Part shown: piece after piece, positions 61,976-64,000 of the stretch
Layout of the letters: the number at the start of each line of letters is the position of its first letter
Position numbering within the stretch: the first letter of the stretch is position 1
DNA from: Azolla caroliniana
Lineage: Eukaryota > Plantae > Polypodiophyta
Assembly: GCA_043228905.1 (NCBI GenBank)
Contig: JBHGNT010000018.1
Location: 7,192,001-7,256,000, forward strand
Length of the DNA: 64,000 nt
Direction: 5' to 3'
The notes under the pieces: model-generated
Seen by the model: the letters and a program-made list of their open reading frames with translations, nothing else
Told to the model about the DNA's origin: nothing
Databases searched by the model: none
Made by a program: the position numbers and the translations under genes

Positions 61976-64000
61976 TGTAAACGTAAGTGTTTGCGGAAGC
62001 GTAAAACAGAGAACAACAGAGAGAGAGAGAGACAGAGAGAGCAGAACGTAATTTCGAAATTATATCAAGACTCTGTACACACACTGTGCTAAGTAGCACT
62101 ATTTATACAAGTCCTCTTGGGACTGACAGAAGTACCATGTACTTCAATGCTCACACGAGCATCTGACACTTACTACGAGACTATAGCTACCTAGTAGTCT
62201 ATCCTATACTAGACTTCCGATTGGACTTCCGGTTACGGATTGCACCCGGCCTCCACTGCTTGCCGGTTCGGTTGCTCACCGTCATACCGTTCCGTTTCGC
62301 CCGCTCCGTCTCACTTACCGGCTCCGGCTTATTCAGCCGATCCGGCTCCGGTTGAGCTTGCCGCTCAACACTCCCCCTCAAGCTCAACTTGAGGTGGGGT
62401 CGTAGTGTCGACCTCTGTGGCAGTCGATTCTTCCAACCGACTTCTCCTGGCGTCACTCCGCCTTGCTCACGCTCCTCGTCCGGTCCGGTCCCGTTTGCCG
62501 TGACCCCTTTGGTTCTGCGCGCATAGACCCTCTCGGTCGGCATGTCTGCTCAATAGGCCCTTCTCAGCACTCACGTTGCTGTGACTCCGGCGCTTGCCGA
62601 GCCGTCGGTTCTCCCACGATGGCAACGACTTCTGTTGTGTCCGTGTCCCCTTGGCCTTTAGTCGATCCGACTCATCCGGATCCATCTGTTGATCCGAGTC
62701 AGCTTTCTCCGACTTGTTCCAGGTCTTGTCCGAATCGGTACACTCCGATTCGACTTTCGGCTTCAGGCCTCTCACCACATCGGACCACTTCCGTGTCTTG
62801 GCCTTCTCCATGCTTCCCTCGGCTTCTTCAACCGGTGAACCGAAATCAAATTCTTCATTCGACTCCGCATCATGGTCAGTACCGTCGTGATGACCTCCGC
62901 AGAACATGCACTTCTCTTCCTGAGTGCACAACTCTTCTTCACAGCCGCTTACTCTAACCTGTTCGGATGTGTCGACTTCCTTCGTCGACTCAGCTTCCTT
63001 CATCTTCTTGTCTCCTCTTCTTCTGGCTCTCCCCTTACCGACGGGTTCAACCGGTTTAGAGACTTTGCCCTTGCTTCTCCCCCTCAAGTGCGGCACGTCG
63101 AGATGCTGAACACCAAACATGTCGGTAAAGTACTGCAACTTGTCCGATCCGAGCGGCTTGGTGAAGATGTCGGCAACTTGCCGATCCGTATGAACATACC
63201 GTAGGTCAACTTCACCGCTCAGGACCCGCTCACGCACGAAGTGGTAGTGCACCTCGATGTGCTTTGTGCGAGCATGGAACACAGGGTTCCTGGCGAGCTG
63301 CAAGCTGCTCATGTTATCGCAGTAAATCGGGACCGGGGTCGGTACCTCGATCCGCAAGTCTCGCAGCAGTTGCCAAAGCCAGACAGCTTCACAAGTGGCA
63401 ACGGTAGCGGCTCGGTACTCAGCCTCAGTGCTTGACAAAGCCACTGTGGGCTGCTTCTTGCTGCTCCACGCAACGGCCACGCTACCTATGGAGAACATGT
63501 ATCCGGAAGTGGAACGGCGATCAGACGCATCGCCGGCCCAGTCAGCATCTGTGTAACCGACAAGCTCTTCGGGTATACCTCGCCGGTATAGCAGTCCCCG
63601 GTCCTTAGTGCCGCTGACATACCGTAATATACGTTGCGCGCACTGAAGGTGCTCCACAGTCAGCTTCTGCATGAACTGACTTACCATGACGACCGGATAG
63701 CTGATGTCAGGTCGGGTGATGCTTAAGTAGATTAGGCTTCCGACAACCTGTCGGAACCATTTCTCATTGCAGGCCGGTCCGGAGTTGGGACGGAGCTTCT
63801 GGTTCCGGTCCACGGGTGTGGAGACAGGTCGGCAATCCGTCATGCCGAACTTATACAGCATATTCAACACGTAATGTCGTTGTGAGAGCAATATGCTGTT
63901 GGGGGTCCGGATCACTTCTATCCCAAGAAAATAATGAAGGTCCCCCAGGTCCTTCATTTCGAATGCGTCCGACAACTGGGACTTGACGCGGTTGATTTCG
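61976..64000 (-). mobile_element. Element N: Copia of the F family (3' part)
   Basis: 3' LTR 61976-62370 homologous to F LTRs; PPT at 62371-62382. Confidence 0.92.
62467..64000 (-). CDS. pol: Copia N RT C-terminus, RNase H and ~200 aa extension (open frame, 5' truncated by window)
   Basis: DLGDLHYFLGIE, YTDADWAGD, YCDNMS, KHIEVHYHFVRE, ADIFTK motifs with no disruptions in 502 aa. Confidence 0.9.
   Translation of the reverse strand, partial: EINRVKSQLSDAFEMKDLGDLHYFLGIEVIRTPNSILLSQRHYVLNMLYKFGMTDCRPVSTPVDRNQKLRPNSGPACNEKWFRQVVGSLIYLSITRPDISYPVVMVSQFMQKLTVEHLQCAQRILRYVSGTKDRGLLYRRGIPEELVGYTDADWAGDASDRRSTSGYMFSIGSVAVAWSSKKQPTVALSSTEAEYRAATVATCEAVWLWQLLRDLRIEVPTPVPIYCDNMSSLQLARNPVFHARTKHIEVHYHFVRERVLSGEVDLRYVHTDRQVADIFTKPLGSDKLQYFTDMFGVQHLDVPHLRGRSKGKVSKPVEPVGKGRARRRGDKKMKEAESTKEVDTSEQVRVSGCEEELCTQEEKCMFCGGHHDGTDHDAESNEEFDFGSPVEEAEGSMEKAKTRKWSDVVRGLKPKVESECTDSDKTWNKSEKADSDQQMDPDESDRLKAKGTRTQQKSLPSWENRRLGKRRSHSNVSAEKGLLSRHADREGLCAQNQRGHGKRDRTGRGA

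Overview
Eukaryotic (land-plant) intergenic or heterochromatic DNA with no recognisable host gene. Almost all of it is a nest of LTR retrotransposons, reconstructed here from terminal motifs, target-site duplications (TSD), primer-binding sites (PBS) and polypurine tracts (PPT). Letter names are mine. A ~5 kb Copia (C, minus, 12526 to beyond 57360) has been stretched to at least 45 kb by six-deep nesting: J > C > E (Copia) > G (self-priming chromovirus) > D2 (non-coding LTR element) > F (Copia). H, I, B, D, M, N and a solo LTR are also inside it. Left of the nest are a young Gag-only element (A), a 1.3 kb tRNA-Ala-primed mini element (L), a hAT MITE, a solo LTR and a decayed Copia. The lineage mix (self-priming chromovirus, tRNA-Trp-primed Gypsy-like elements) suggests a seedless plant such as a fern or lycophyte, which is inference only. 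Three observations stand out. (1) A young non-coding LTR family (D/D2) has tRNA-Arg-complementary sites at both internal ends, each exactly 5 nt from an LTR, with no canonical LTR-abutting PPT, which suggests tRNA priming of both cDNA strands. (2) Antisense, tRNA-spaced Pol III A-box/B-box cassettes sit in the U3 region of three non-alignable LTR families. (3) Two very young tRNA-Trp-primed elements encode only a ~690 aa Gag-like protein ending in a conserved Trp-rich peptide. All alignments and difference counts were done by eye, and tRNA 3' ends are recalled from angiosperm sequences.
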